This document shows, piece by piece, positions 26,695 to 36,738 of a stretch of 64,000 nucleotides of DNA. Both the position numbers and the translations under genes were made by a program. Source of the stretch: an uncultured bacterium (GTDB lineage Bacteria > UBP7 > UBA6624); NCBI GenBank assembly GCA_964012435.1, contig CAXGSM010000001.1, positions 64,001-128,000 on the forward strand, in the 5' to 3' direction. The notes beneath the pieces are model-generated. The model had not been told where the DNA came from. It searched no databases and saw only the letters and a list, made by a program, of their open reading frames with translations. How positions within the stretch are numbered: the stretch's first letter is position 1; the number at the start of each line of letters is the position of its first letter.

Positions 26695-27904
26695 TAACTG
26701 TTTGGATGTTTTTGTTCCACCATTCCTCTGGAAATTTCCATATTATTCCAGATTTAGAAAATTGAATAATTGATTCATTTGGATAAAAAATAATATCAAG
26801 TTCAAGATTGTTTTTGCTGCATTTAACCTCTAAAGATTCTTCCTTTGTTAAGCTTGTTACATTAGCTGGTTTTGCATCTTTTGGCCAAGCTCCAGAAAGT
26901 ATTTCAACCCATTCTTTCCGACTTTCTGAAGAGATTGATTTTTTATTTTTTGTAAAATCACATTCTTCTGAATTTTCTATTTCTAGAAAAACTTCTCTAT
27001 AGATACTTTCGTTTGTTTTTAAAATTAAATCAGGCTTCCAATTTTTTTCCATATAGAAGCCACCAAAGGATTCACCCCAAGACGCCCAATAGCCTTCATA
27101 AGGGTTTAGCATTATCTCAAGAGGTTTTTCTTCATCGTATTTTTGTATTGATATCTTGACAGCGGGATCACTCAAAAAATCTCTGTAGTTAAGCTTTTCC
27201 CCCTCTGTCGTGCCTATTGTTTCGATAATTTGTTGAATTTTCTTTGTTGAAACAGGAAGATCTGCACTTAAATCCTGCCATTGATTGCCTTCTGTTCTTT
27301 TCAGGTCCCATAAAACTATTTTTTCAAAATCATTAAAACCTGGAATGTTTAGATGTTTCGTGTTTACATGAGCAGAAATGCTTTTTACTTCATCAGGTTT
27401 TATTTTTGTTAGCCTTTTATCGACCCATGATTCAACCTCACCGACAAAAGACTGGTAAAAAGAAAAATCGATAAGATGGATTTTTTCATCGTTTAAAAAT
27501 CTTAAATATGCTTTTTCAGACAACGCTGGAGACCCTATGTAAAAAATTGATTCTCTATAATTGGATCTGATCGTGATTTTCATTGCATTTGAGCTTAATC
27601 CATACTCCTCATAACTTTCAATTGCCTCAAAGGAGTCGAGTGCTTTTATTTTTTTGAGTGAGTTAAGCGCTGTGTTTAGTTTTATTTTTTCAGGGCTGTA
27701 CCCATTAGGGAAATTCAAGACCCATTTATCTGTATAGTTCATCAAGTGAACTTCTAAATCGTCTGATTGTTTTTCTATCAGTAGCTCCTGATGCTTTAAA
27801 TTGCTTATCCACTTGAAGGTGTTTGGTTTAGGCTTCATTAACTGAATTCCAACATAAGCAAGTATTGAAAATGTTAAAAATATTAAAAATTTATTATTTT
27901 TCAT
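26687..27904 (-). CDS. DUF4340-like exported protein associated with Gld-type ABC transporter
   Basis: N-terminal TM and YGL..............IG....... motif; follows GldG-like gene. Confidence 0.6.
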   Translation of the reverse strand: MKNNKFLIFLTFSILAYVGIQLMKPKPNTFKWISNLKHQELLIEKQSDDLEVHLMNYTDKWVLNFPNGYSPEKIKLNTALNSLKKIKALDSFEAIESYEEYGLSSNAMKITIRSNYRESIFYIGSPALSEKAYLRFLNDEKIHLIDFSFYQSFVGEVESWVDKRLTKIKPDEVKSISAHVNTKHLNIPGFNDFEKIVLWDLKRTEGNQWQDLSADLPVSTKKIQQIIETIGTTEGEKLNYRDFLSDPAVKISIQKYDEEKPLEIMLNPYEGYWASWGESFGGFYMEKNWKPDLILKTNESIYREVFLEIENSEECDFTKNKKSISSESRKEWVEILSGAWPKDAKPANVTSLTKEESLEVKCSKNNLELDIIFYPNESIIQFSKSGIIWKFPEEWWNKNIQTVNE

Positions 27905-29364
27905 TTTGATTTTCTTTTTATCTGAGTCACTATCACTTGTGATAAAACAGCAAGGATTAAACCGAGGTAAAGCATCACTACTTTTAGAATTTCTTGTTTA
28001 TTGATTGAAATTGGATTTAAATCTCTGCTTTTTGAAGGTACAGCTATCATTTTCTCTCTATCCGACAGCCAGTTAGCAATGTTTAATATGAAATTATTGC
28101 TAATTGGTAGTGCTTGTTGAATTATATTATCTGCTATGTCTGAATCTGAAACAATAACTCTTTTCTTGTTTTCTTTAATGTTTTCCTGAGCAAGGGCTAT
28201 AAGGAATGGTCCACGTGCTTCAAATTCATCCTTTTTTGCATTTTCATTTTCTTCAATCCAGGTTTGAATGCCGCTATATACTAAATTTGAATCTAGCCAT
28301 TTTGGACTTTTTGAAGTTATTGATTTAGCGGTTGAAAATAGCATAAATTCATTTATGTTTTCAACTATTGGATGAGAGGTTAAATTGTTTGGAGATGAAA
28401 GTATTATCAAGGGGTCAAAGTCTTCTTCAAATGAATCATTTATGTAGTTGTTGCTAATTTCTATTCCTTCTTTTTCAAGCCATTTTGAAAGAGAGCTTTC
28501 ATTAGGGCCTTCAAAAATTATTAAAAGGTTTTTAATTGTTGAAATTTTTTCTATTTCTGAATTTAAAAGATTTCCGCTGCCTCCAATAATTGCAACAATT
28601 TCACAATCAGTATCATTTTCTTCATAAAGATTTAATGTTTTTATTTTGTAAGCTCGATTAAGTAGTGAGTTTTTTATTGTTGTGATTCCCTCTTCTCCAT
28701 AAAGTTCTTTTTCCCCATGCCCTTGCACAAAGCATATTGTCTTCACATCTTTAGAAAAGCCATAAAGAGCATTAACTAAACCCTCTTCGTCATTAGTATT
28801 CATGATTATTTGTTTGCTGTCTTGAATTATGTATATTTGGTTTTTTCTAGCATTTAAGCTCAATGCTGCAGATGGCTCCCTGTCAGGATTTATGAATTTA
28901 TAAGTAATTAATTTATTTTCTTTATTTAATTGTTGAAACATGCTTTCAAGATTTGCTTTATCGGCAATTTGCTTTGTTGTCTTTTCATAAGGTTCATCAA
29001 AAAAAGCGAATATTTCTGTTTGTTCATTTATTTCTTTTGCTATTTTTTTCGTCTCGCCGGAAATTGATCTGATTTTATTTCTTGTTAGGTCAATTGGTTT
29101 AAGGTTTATTTTTGAGAGAATGAATAGTCCAGAAAATGCAAAAAGTGTCAATATTATTGAAGGCAAATGATCTTTCAAATTGTTTTTTTTCTTTATTGTC
29201 ATCTCTTTAATTGTTAATGAAAAAACAAATGTAAAAAAGGAAATTAAAACTTTAGGTTCTTCAAGGCTTCCTTCAGACATGCTGGTTATTGCAAAAAATA
29301 TTCCTGAAACAATTACAAAAAATGAAGTTGGTTTTATTTTTTTAATATTTTTTTTCACTTCCAA
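27901..29364 (-). CDS. GldG-like ABC transporter auxiliary component
   Basis: DLT.NK..SIS..T, F..GHGE, GPF..A and N..F.LN..NWL motifs. Confidence 0.8.
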   Translation of the reverse strand: MEVKKNIKKIKPTSFFVIVSGIFFAITSMSEGSLEEPKVLISFFTFVFSLTIKEMTIKKKNNLKDHLPSIILTLFAFSGLFILSKINLKPIDLTRNKIRSISGETKKIAKEINEQTEIFAFFDEPYEKTTKQIADKANLESMFQQLNKENKLITYKFINPDREPSAALSLNARKNQIYIIQDSKQIIMNTNDEEGLVNALYGFSKDVKTICFVQGHGEKELYGEEGITTIKNSLLNRAYKIKTLNLYEENDTDCEIVAIIGGSGNLLNSEIEKISTIKNLLIIFEGPNESSLSKWLEKEGIEISNNYINDSFEEDFDPLIILSSPNNLTSHPIVENINEFMLFSTAKSITSKSPKWLDSNLVYSGIQTWIEENENAKKDEFEARGPFLIALAQENIKENKKRVIVSDSDIADNIIQQALPISNNFILNIANWLSDREKMIAVPSKSRDLNPISINKQEILKVVMLYLGLILAVLSQVIVTQIKRKSK

Positions 29365-30101
29365 CCTCTTAGTTCCATTATTTTTTTGGTTAAAAGAAAC
29401 CAGAATAGTCCAAACAGCACAAAATAAAAAACATTTTCAGGATGGATTATCCCCTCAGAAAAGTTAGCTAACTTTTTTTGAAAACCTAATTCCGCAAAAC
29501 CTTGAAGAAGTGCAGAGTTATTGGTGTTTGTGTTTTCTAGAAAGCCAATAAACCAAAAAGAAAGGAATACTGGAAACGATATCGAAAATGCAGCTGTGAG
29601 ATTGTCTGTAATTGAGGAAATAAATATTCCAAGCCCTGACAATGCAAAAGAAAGTAAAAGCAAACCTATTAAGCCGCTGAGGTAATGACCATAATCAATG
29701 ACTCCAAATTTACTTAACCAAATAATTCCTATTGTTGGAAATGACAAGATAGCAAAAATTAAAATTGTAGATGCTATAAGTTTTCCAAGAATTATGCTGG
29801 ATGTTTTGATCGGCTGCGCAAGAAGAAACTCAAGAGTGTTTTCTTTTCTTTCTAAGCATATCGTCGATATTGTTATGAATGGTGAGAACAGAACTCCAAG
29901 GAAACAGCAATCAAGAAGGAGAACGGTCATTGGGCCATCATTCCAATTTCCAGGTGTGGAAAAGGGGTCTGAATAATTCATGAGATTTAGTGTTAGAAAA
30001 TAACCTTGAATCAATAAAAGACCAATGAGTCCGATCCAGACACTCACCCCTTTGTTGTGGGCTTGCAGCTCTTTTATGATGATTTTTTTAATCACACTCA
30101 T
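29355..30101 (-). CDS. ABC-2 permease (GldF-like)
   Basis: KEL and ERKENTLEFLL.QP....IILGK motifs; 6 TM. Confidence 0.85.
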   Translation of the reverse strand: MSVIKKIIIKELQAHNKGVSVWIGLIGLLLIQGYFLTLNLMNYSDPFSTPGNWNDGPMTVLLLDCCFLGVLFSPFITISTICLERKENTLEFLLAQPIKTSSIILGKLIASTILIFAILSFPTIGIIWLSKFGVIDYGHYLSGLIGLLLLSFALSGLGIFISSITDNLTAAFSISFPVFLSFWFIGFLENTNTNNSALLQGFAELGFQKKLANFSEGIIHPENVFYFVLFGLFWFLLTKKIMELRGWK

Positions 30102-30796
30102 TTTTCTTTTATTGTTTCCAGGTAAATCTTTTTAAGATTTTTATCTTTTATGGTTGAGTCAAATTTAATCTTTCCATCAGACAGAATAAATGCTCTGGAG
30201 CATAATTGTTGAATTATCTCTAGCCTATGACTTGACATTACAAAAGAAGTACCTTCCTTGTCTTTGATGTCTTTGATGGTTTTTTCAAAATTTACAATTT
30301 GTTCAGGATCTAAACCAGTTGTTGGTTCATCTAAAAATACTATTTCAGGCTTGCCTATTAAAGACAAAGCCAATGCGACTCTTTGCCTGAAACCCCTGGA
30401 GAGAAACTTATTCAATCTGTTGGAAATTTTATCTATTTTCGTCAAGCTGACGACTCTTTCGTATTCTTTTTGAGGATTTTTTATTGAATGCAGATTAATA
30501 GCTAGAGATATTTGTTCATGAGGGTTCATATTAGAGTAAAGCGGTAGTCTTTCTGGCAAGTATCCAATTTTATTTTTAATTAGATAGCTGTATTCCGAAT
30601 AATCTTTGCCTTTAAATTGAACTTGACCGCTGTCCTGCTTAAGAAAGCCAGACAAAATTCTTAATGTGGTAGTTTTTCCTGCTCCATTTGGTCCAAGAAA
30701 GCCCACAATGCTACCTTTAGGAATTTTAAAATTTAAGTTATCAAGTATTTTTTTCCCTGAAAAACTTTTAGTTAAGTTGTTAACAGTTAGCAACAT
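30098..30796 (-). CDS. ABC transporter ATP-binding protein (GldA-like)
   Basis: GPNGAGKTT, LSRGFRQRV and LDEPTTGLDP motifs. Confidence 0.92.
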   Translation of the reverse strand: MLLTVNNLTKSFSGKKILDNLNFKIPKGSIVGFLGPNGAGKTTTLRILSGFLKQDSGQVQFKGKDYSEYSYLIKNKIGYLPERLPLYSNMNPHEQISLAINLHSIKNPQKEYERVVSLTKIDKISNRLNKFLSRGFRQRVALALSLIGKPEIVFLDEPTTGLDPEQIVNFEKTIKDIKDKEGTSFVMSSHRLEIIQQLCSRAFILSDGKIKFDSTIKDKNLKKIYLETIKEK

Positions 30797-30856
30797 ACTG
30801 CTTATCTTAAAACTATTACTGATATTCCTGATTGAGAAATTAGAATATTTCTAGTC

Positions 30857-31678
30857 ATGTCAACAGTTCCGAAAATTAAAAATTTTCCAAAAGATGAAAA
30901 ACTAATTGCTTTGACAGCTTACGATAGGCCTTCTGCCATCTCTGCAGATAATGCTGGTGTGGATATTGTTCTAGTCGGCGACTCTCTTTCAAATGTTATT
31001 TTGGGCAACGAAAATACTACTTCAATAAGTATGAAGGAAATGACCTATCATGTAACTGCCGTTTCTAAATTTATTAAGAGTAGCTTGACTGTTGCTGATC
31101 TTCCTTTTGGTTCAGTTCAGTCTGGTTTGCAAACAGCTTCTGAACATGCATGTGAACTAATAAGATGTGGAGCAAATGCAATCAAGATTGAAGGTGGAGA
31201 AGAGATCTTGGAGCTTGTTGAACATCTAACAAAGCATGGGGTTCCTGTTATGGGCCATATAGGCTTGACGCCACAAAAAGTGGAGCAGCTTGGAGGTCAT
31301 TTGGTCCAAGGAAAAACATTGAAGGATTCAAAAAGAATTTATAAAGAAGCAAAGCTTTTAGAGGATGCAGGGATTTTTTCACTTGTTATGGAGTGTATCC
31401 CTCTGCAGCTAGCCAAAAAGATAACCTCTGATACAGATATTCCAACTATCGGCATAGGAAGTGGGCCTTTTTGCAATGGTCAAGTACTTGTATTTCATGA
31501 TTTAGTCGGATGGCATCATGGAAAGTTTAAATTTTTGAAAAAGCCTTTTGGCAATGTTACAAAAGAAATTAACAATGCATTAAGCTCTTATTCAGAATCT
31601 GTAAAAAAAGGCTCTTATCCGAGTATTGAAGAGTCTTGGTCAGTTGCAGATGAGCTGATTCAAGATCTTGAAGAATGA
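30857..31678 (+). CDS. panB: 3-methyl-2-oxobutanoate hydroxymethyltransferase
   Basis: LTAYD, LVGDS, ADLPF, KIEGG, GHIGLTPQ and PTIGIG.G...GQVLV motifs. Confidence 0.97.
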   Translation: MSTVPKIKNFPKDEKLIALTAYDRPSAISADNAGVDIVLVGDSLSNVILGNENTTSISMKEMTYHVTAVSKFIKSSLTVADLPFGSVQSGLQTASEHACELIRCGANAIKIEGGEEILELVEHLTKHGVPVMGHIGLTPQKVEQLGGHLVQGKTLKDSKRIYKEAKLLEDAGIFSLVMECIPLQLAKKITSDTDIPTIGIGSGPFCNGQVLVFHDLVGWHHGKFKFLKKPFGNVTKEINNALSSYSESVKKGSYPSIEESWSVADELIQDLEE

Positions 31679-32451
31679 AAAAGAAGATTTTTGTGCCCAC
31701 AATGGGATCATTGCATGAAGGGCATGCTTCATTGATAAAGGAAGCTTCAAAAATTGGTGATGTTACCGTTTCGGTGTTTGTTAATCCGACACAATTTGGA
31801 CCAAATGAAGATTTTGAAAGTTATCCAAGAAGTAAAGAGGATGATTTCGCTTATGCTATTTCTTCAGGTGCAAAAGATGTTTGGTTCCCTACTTCAGATG
31901 AAATTTATCCAAATGGCCCTTCAGCGAGTGAGGATTCTGGTGAGCTTGGATTGATTTTAGAGGGTTCTTTCAGGCCAGGTTTTTTTGATGGGGTTTTGAC
32001 TGTTGTTAAAAGGTTATTCGAAATTATTGAGCCTGATATTGCTGTTTTTGGTGAGAAAGATTGGCAGCAATTAGTTTTAATTAAAGAATTTTCAAAAATA
32101 TTTAATGGCCCTAAGATAATGAGCGTTAAAACAAAAAGAGATAAGAATGGACTTGCTCTATCTTCCAGGAATTCTTATCTTTCCAAAAAGGGATACCTTC
32201 AATCTTTATACATATCAAAAGCTTTATTGAAAGTCAAAACCGCTTGGGATGAAGGTTTAAGAGATGTAAGAGCATTAGAAGCAATCGGTATTGACTTTTT
32301 ATCAGAAAAAATTAGTAAAATTGACTACTTGGAAGTAAGACCTAGTTTTTTGTTGCCAAAATTAGATGTCTTGAACCAAGATGCTAGAGTTTTAGTTGCA
32401 GCTTGGGTTGAAGGCACTAGACTGATAGATAATGAGGAGTTGACTTTATGA
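31675..32451 (+). CDS. panC: Pantoate--beta-alanine ligase
   Basis: VPTMG.LHEGH, FVNPTQF, RPG.F.GV, FGEKD.QQ, GLALSSRN and RLIDN motifs. Confidence 0.96.
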   Translation: MKKKIFVPTMGSLHEGHASLIKEASKIGDVTVSVFVNPTQFGPNEDFESYPRSKEDDFAYAISSGAKDVWFPTSDEIYPNGPSASEDSGELGLILEGSFRPGFFDGVLTVVKRLFEIIEPDIAVFGEKDWQQLVLIKEFSKIFNGPKIMSVKTKRDKNGLALSSRNSYLSKKGYLQSLYISKALLKVKTAWDEGLRDVRALEAIGIDFLSEKISKIDYLEVRPSFLLPKLDVLNQDARVLVAAWVEGTRLIDNEELTL

Positions 32452-32819
32452 GAGAAATGCTTAACTGTAAAATCCATGGAGGATATGTAACCAAGTCTGA
32501 CCTTGATTACGAAGGTTCTTGTGGCCTTGGCCCTGACCTGCTTAAAGCTTCAGGCATTCTTCCTTTTGAGAAGATATCAGTTTTGAATGTTTCGAATGGG
32601 AAAAGAGTTCAAACCTACGTTATTAAGGAAAAAGAAGACAGAGCTATAACTTTAAATGGAGCTGCAGCTCATTATTTCAAAAAAGATGACAAGGTTATTA
32701 TTTTGTGTTATAAATTAGAAGATGAACACTGTATCAAAGACCATAAGGCGAGAATTATCATTTTGGATTCAGATAATTCCATAAAGGAGAACTCTTTAAG
32801 AGGTTTTGATTATGAGTAA
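32448..32819 (+). CDS. panD: Aspartate 1-decarboxylase
   Basis: KIH, YEG/S self-cleavage site, NG.R..TY and LNGAAA motifs. Confidence 0.95.
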   Translation: MREMLNCKIHGGYVTKSDLDYEGSCGLGPDLLKASGILPFEKISVLNVSNGKRVQTYVIKEKEDRAITLNGAAAHYFKKDDKVIILCYKLEDEHCIKDHKARIIILDSDNSIKENSLRGFDYE

Positions 32820-33795
32820 ATTTAAAGAGATTGCCAAAAGAGTCATGCTAGCTGAATCAAAAGCGATTCTTTCTGCTGCCGACCTTCTTGATAGTGGTTT
32901 TGAGGATGCTTTTAAGATCGTTATGAAATCTTCTGGTAATTTTGTCATTTCAGGAATAGGAAAATCAGGTTTGATTGGTAGGAAGATATCATCTACGCTT
33001 GCTAGCCTTGGAACACCTAGCGTTTTCATGCATTCAGGAGAAGCTTTACATGGTGATTTAGGTTTGATTTCAGGAAATGATGTAGCTATGCTGATCTCAA
33101 ATTCTGGAAACACAACTGAAGTTCTTGGCTTAATACCTTCTTTAAAAATGAGAAAAATTCCTATAATTGCTCTTACAGGTAATTTGAATTCAACACTTGC
33201 AAAAGAGGCAGATGCTGTTTTGAATTCTTCTGTTTTAAGAGAAGCTGATCAGCACAATCTAGCACCAACCTCCTCCACAACCGTAATGATGGCCTTAGGC
33301 GATGCTTTGGCTGTGGCTTTAGCTGAGGAGAGTGATTTTACGCCTTCAGATTTTGCGATGTATCATCCTGGAGGTTCGCTCGGCAACTCATTGTCAAAAG
33401 TTGACCAATGGATGGTTAAAAATAACTTACCGATAGTTGACCCAGATGAAACATTGCAATCTTGCGTTATAAAGATGTCGGCAGGAAATCTTGGAGCTGT
33501 TGTCTTGGTGAAGGAAGATAAAGTAGAGGGTATATTCACAGATGGAGACTTAAGAAGGCTTTTTGAAGGAAACGATTCTTTGGATAATTTAGTATCTCAA
33601 AAGATAGCAAAAATTGCTAACAGGAATCCAAAAACAGTAAATCACAATGATTTAGCCAGTTCGGCAATAGAAAAAATGGAATCAAATGCAATAACCGTAA
33701 TGCCTGTTGTTGATGATTGTTCTGCCTTGGTAGGTGTTATTCATTTACATAATCTTGTTCAAGCTGGTATGGGAGTAGAAAAAAATGGAAAATAA
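32812..33795 (+). CDS. kdsD: KpsF/GutQ family arabinose-5-phosphate isomerase (SIS + 2 CBS)
   Basis: G.GKSG.IG.KI..T..S.GTP, EA.HGDLG, APT.STT, HPGG.LG and GIFTDGDLRR motifs. Confidence 0.92.
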   Translation: MSKFKEIAKRVMLAESKAILSAADLLDSGFEDAFKIVMKSSGNFVISGIGKSGLIGRKISSTLASLGTPSVFMHSGEALHGDLGLISGNDVAMLISNSGNTTEVLGLIPSLKMRKIPIIALTGNLNSTLAKEADAVLNSSVLREADQHNLAPTSSTTVMMALGDALAVALAEESDFTPSDFAMYHPGGSLGNSLSKVDQWMVKNNLPIVDPDETLQSCVIKMSAGNLGAVVLVKEDKVEGIFTDGDLRRLFEGNDSLDNLVSQKIAKIANRNPKTVNHNDLASSAIEKMESNAITVMPVVDDCSALVGVIHLHNLVQAGMGVEKNGK

Positions 33796-35137
33796 ATTGA
33801 AATTTGTAGCGGAAAAAATGTGGAAAACCAGAGCTTCAGACGTTAGGGAAAGCTTGTCAAGAAGTATTTTGGTTGATGGTTATCATCTTGTTTTGGATCT
33901 TGAAAAGAGCAAAGGGTCAATTTTAGTTGATGCCTCTGACAATAAAGAATACATAGATCTTTTCAGCATGTTTGCAAGCCAGCCAATCGGTGTTAACCAT
34001 AAATCTTTTTTGGATGATGAATTTTTATTGAAGTTAGGAGTTGTTGGCTCTCATAAACCTGTTAATTCAGATGTCTACACTCAGCCTTATGCTGATTTTG
34101 TAACTGCTATGTCAAGAATTGTGACAAAAGATTACCCACATCTTTTTTTCATAGAAGGAGGCTCTTTGGCAGTTGAAAATGCTTTGAAGGTGGCTTTTGA
34201 TTGGAAGATGCGTAAAAATCTCGAATCAGAAAAAGAGGTTAATGAAAACCTTCTTGCGATTGCTCATTTAGAAAAATCTTTTCATGGGAGGTCAGGCTAT
34301 ACGTTAAGTTTAACAAACACTGCAGACCCTAGAAAAACAATGTTTTTTCCTAAGTTTGATTGGCCTAGACTGCCCTGCCCTGCTAGAACATTTCCAGAAA
34401 CAGAAGATTCATTAGCCTCCTTGATCAAGGAAGAGGAAAATTTTATAAGCCAGCTTGATTCTTTTGAAAAAGAGAACCCAAGTCAGATAGCGGCTGTCTT
34501 GATGGAAACGATTCAGGGAGAAGGTGGAGATAACCATTTCAGAAATGAATTTTTAATGAAGGTTAGGTCTTGGTGTGATTCAAATGATGTTTTGCTTATT
34601 TTTGACGAGGTTCAGGTTGGAATGGGTATAACTGGTAATTGGTGGGCTTGGCAAGGAACCAGTGTCAAGCCCGATATTTTTTCTTTTGGCAAGAAGTCCC
34701 AAGTTTGTGGAATAGCTGCTAGTAGTCGAATTGATGACGTTGACAATTGCTTTAAGGTAAGCAGCAGGATAAATTCAACATGGGGTGGAAATTTAGTTGA
34801 TATGGTTAGGGTTACAAAATATATAGAAATCATTGAGGATGAAGGTTTGCTTGACAACTGTAGTCAAGTAGGTTCTTTTTTACTTCAGGGTTTAAAGGAT
34901 ATGGCCAATGATTTTGATGGCTTAGTTAGCAATGTTAGGGGTGCTGGCCTTATGTGCGCTTTCGATTTGCCCAATGAGGAGATTAGAGATAATGTAAGGT
35001 CTCTTCTTGTTGAAGAAGGGGTTTTGATATTGGGTTGTGGAGATAAATCTTTAAGATTCAGGCCTGTTTTGGATGTTTCAAAAGATGTTATCACCAAGGC
35101 TTTAAGCTTGATAAGAAAGGTTTTAAGTAAAGTTTGA
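33785..35137 (+). CDS. lat: L-lysine 6-transaminase (class III aminotransferase)
   Basis: ILVDG...V.DL..S.G, FF.EGG.LAVENALK.AFDWK, FHGRSGYTLSLTNT, FPKFDWPR, FGKKSQVCG and SRINSTWGG motifs. Confidence 0.9.
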   Translation: MENKLKFVAEKMWKTRASDVRESLSRSILVDGYHLVLDLEKSKGSILVDASDNKEYIDLFSMFASQPIGVNHKSFLDDEFLLKLGVVGSHKPVNSDVYTQPYADFVTAMSRIVTKDYPHLFFIEGGSLAVENALKVAFDWKMRKNLESEKEVNENLLAIAHLEKSFHGRSGYTLSLTNTADPRKTMFFPKFDWPRLPCPARTFPETEDSLASLIKEEENFISQLDSFEKENPSQIAAVLMETIQGEGGDNHFRNEFLMKVRSWCDSNDVLLIFDEVQVGMGITGNWWAWQGTSVKPDIFSFGKKSQVCGIAASSRIDDVDNCFKVSSRINSTWGGNLVDMVRVTKYIEIIEDEGLLDNCSQVGSFLLQGLKDMANDFDGLVSNVRGAGLMCAFDLPNEEIRDNVRSLLVEEGVLILGCGDKSLRFRPVLDVSKDVITKALSLIRKVLSKV

Positions 35138-35700
35138 AAGCAAAGTTTGATAAATTTTATGTAATCATTGTTGCTGTTTGCGCTTTGTCGTTTTTTATGA
35201 TTAACGTTTCTTCTGGAATGTTAAAGCATCCCGAAAATGAAAAAACACTAATTGCTGAAAACCCTATTTCAGATTGTCATCTTGATGATTTTGATTACTC
35301 TGATTCGATTTTTTTAAAAGATTTTAAAGAATGTTTATCGTTGGTTTACGGATACAAGCTCACTTATTCTGACAAAATTACTTTTTTTCTTGATCAAGGT
35401 GTTGGCCTACAGGGAACTCCATCCTTGATAAAGGCTGAATATGGCAAAAGGTTTAATGTTTTAAGAGAGTTAAAAAGTGATGAAGGTATTGTGGTTGTTC
35501 AGGACGATTTTGAAATATATTTTTTTGATTCTGATGAAAATTTGAATTTTGCCAATAGTCAATTAATGAATTGGGAAAGCTTAAATGCTGTTTTTATACC
35601 ATTGAAATTTTTTGATTTAGAAAGAAAAGTTCTTCTTCTGGGTTCAAACAAGGACCCTTTGGTTTTGTCTAAAAAAATAAAAGATTTAATCGAAAATTAA
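35134..35700 (+). CDS. Hypothetical protein with N-terminal membrane anchor
   Basis: TTG start overlaps the lat stop; N-terminal hydrophobic helix; no family recognised. Confidence 0.6.
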   Translation: MKAKFDKFYVIIVAVCALSFFMINVSSGMLKHPENEKTLIAENPISDCHLDDFDYSDSIFLKDFKECLSLVYGYKLTYSDKITFFLDQGVGLQGTPSLIKAEYGKRFNVLRELKSDEGIVVVQDDFEIYFFDSDENLNFANSQLMNWESLNAVFIPLKFFDLERKVLLLGSNKDPLVLSKKIKDLIEN

Positions 35701-36738
35701 TTTAGCAATTTTTTCACCAGATCTTAAACCTTTACTTTGAGGATCTTGTAGTTTATGTATTTTTTTCAGAGTTTTTAGAACCGATAAGCAGCTTGCATCT
35801 TCTGAGAGGATTTCGGCTGCATGCTCCTGAGCATGCTCCTCAGCATTTGCAAATTGGTGATTGTCGTTTGTTTTTAAAGGTATCAGTATTGATTTTTTCC
35901 CAAGTGCTTTTATCTCTGCGAGAGTGCATGCTCCTGCTCTGCAAATCACAATGTCAGAAGCGCACATCCATTCATCTAAGCTATCTGTGAATTTGTTTAC
36001 TTTATAGGGGATTTTTTGCTCGTCTAAAGATTTTTTTATTTCTTCTGAACCTGATCCGCATTGCCAAAAAATGAAAATTTGAGAAAATGTTTCATTTATC
36101 CCCTTTAGGGATCTTGTTATCATTTTGTTGATTTTTTGTGAACCTTGGCTTCCCCCCGTTACACATAGCACAAAAATATTCTCTTTTATATTGAGCTTTT
36201 TTCTGATTTCTGCTTTTTTAAATTGTTTGTATCTTTTATAAACTGGAACATTGACCCCTATTGCTTTTTTGCCAAAATATTTTTGAAGTTTTTTTGAACA
36301 GAATATTTTGTTTGCGATTTTTTTCAAAATTTTATTTGCCCAACCAGGCTTGGCATTAGGCTCTATTAGTATTATTTTTTTATTCATGATTTTTGCAGCT
36401 ATCAAACCTGGGAAACTTGCATAGCCACCAGTTCCTATGACTATTCCAGGGTTGAAATCTCGAATTATCTTAAAAGCTTTTGTTAATGCTAAAAAATGAA
36501 AGAATGCACTTTTGAAATTTCTTCCTGATTTTAAATTTTGATTGATGTGTTTTATTTTCTTGCTTTTTAAAACAATGGAATCTATTCTGTCTGTACCTAA
36601 CCACAAAAGGTCATGATCCACATTTTCTAGAATTGCTAGAGCTGGTGTCACATGGCCTATTGTTCCGCCTCCGCAAACAAGAACTTTTGTTTTGATTATT
36701 TTATGACCTCGTTTTTCCACACATAAAGAATTGAGCAT
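35686..36738 (-). CDS. murG: MurG glycosyltransferase (start codon uncertain)
   Basis: GGGT.GH..P, GTGGYAS.P, E.N..PG..N, GGSQGS, CRAGA.T..E and HQ..NA motifs. Confidence 0.92.
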   Translation of the reverse strand: MLNSLCVEKRGHKIIKTKVLVCGGGTIGHVTPALAILENVDHDLLWLGTDRIDSIVLKSKKIKHINQNLKSGRNFKSAFFHFLALTKAFKIIRDFNPGIVIGTGGYASFPGLIAAKIMNKKIILIEPNAKPGWANKILKKIANKIFCSKKLQKYFGKKAIGVNVPVYKRYKQFKKAEIRKKLNIKENIFVLCVTGGSQGSQKINKMITRSLKGINETFSQIFIFWQCGSGSEEIKKSLDEQKIPYKVNKFTDSLDEWMCASDIVICRAGACTLAEIKALGKKSILIPLKTNDNHQFANAEEHAQEHAAEILSEDASCLSVLKTLKKIHKLQDPQSKGLRSGEKIAKLIFD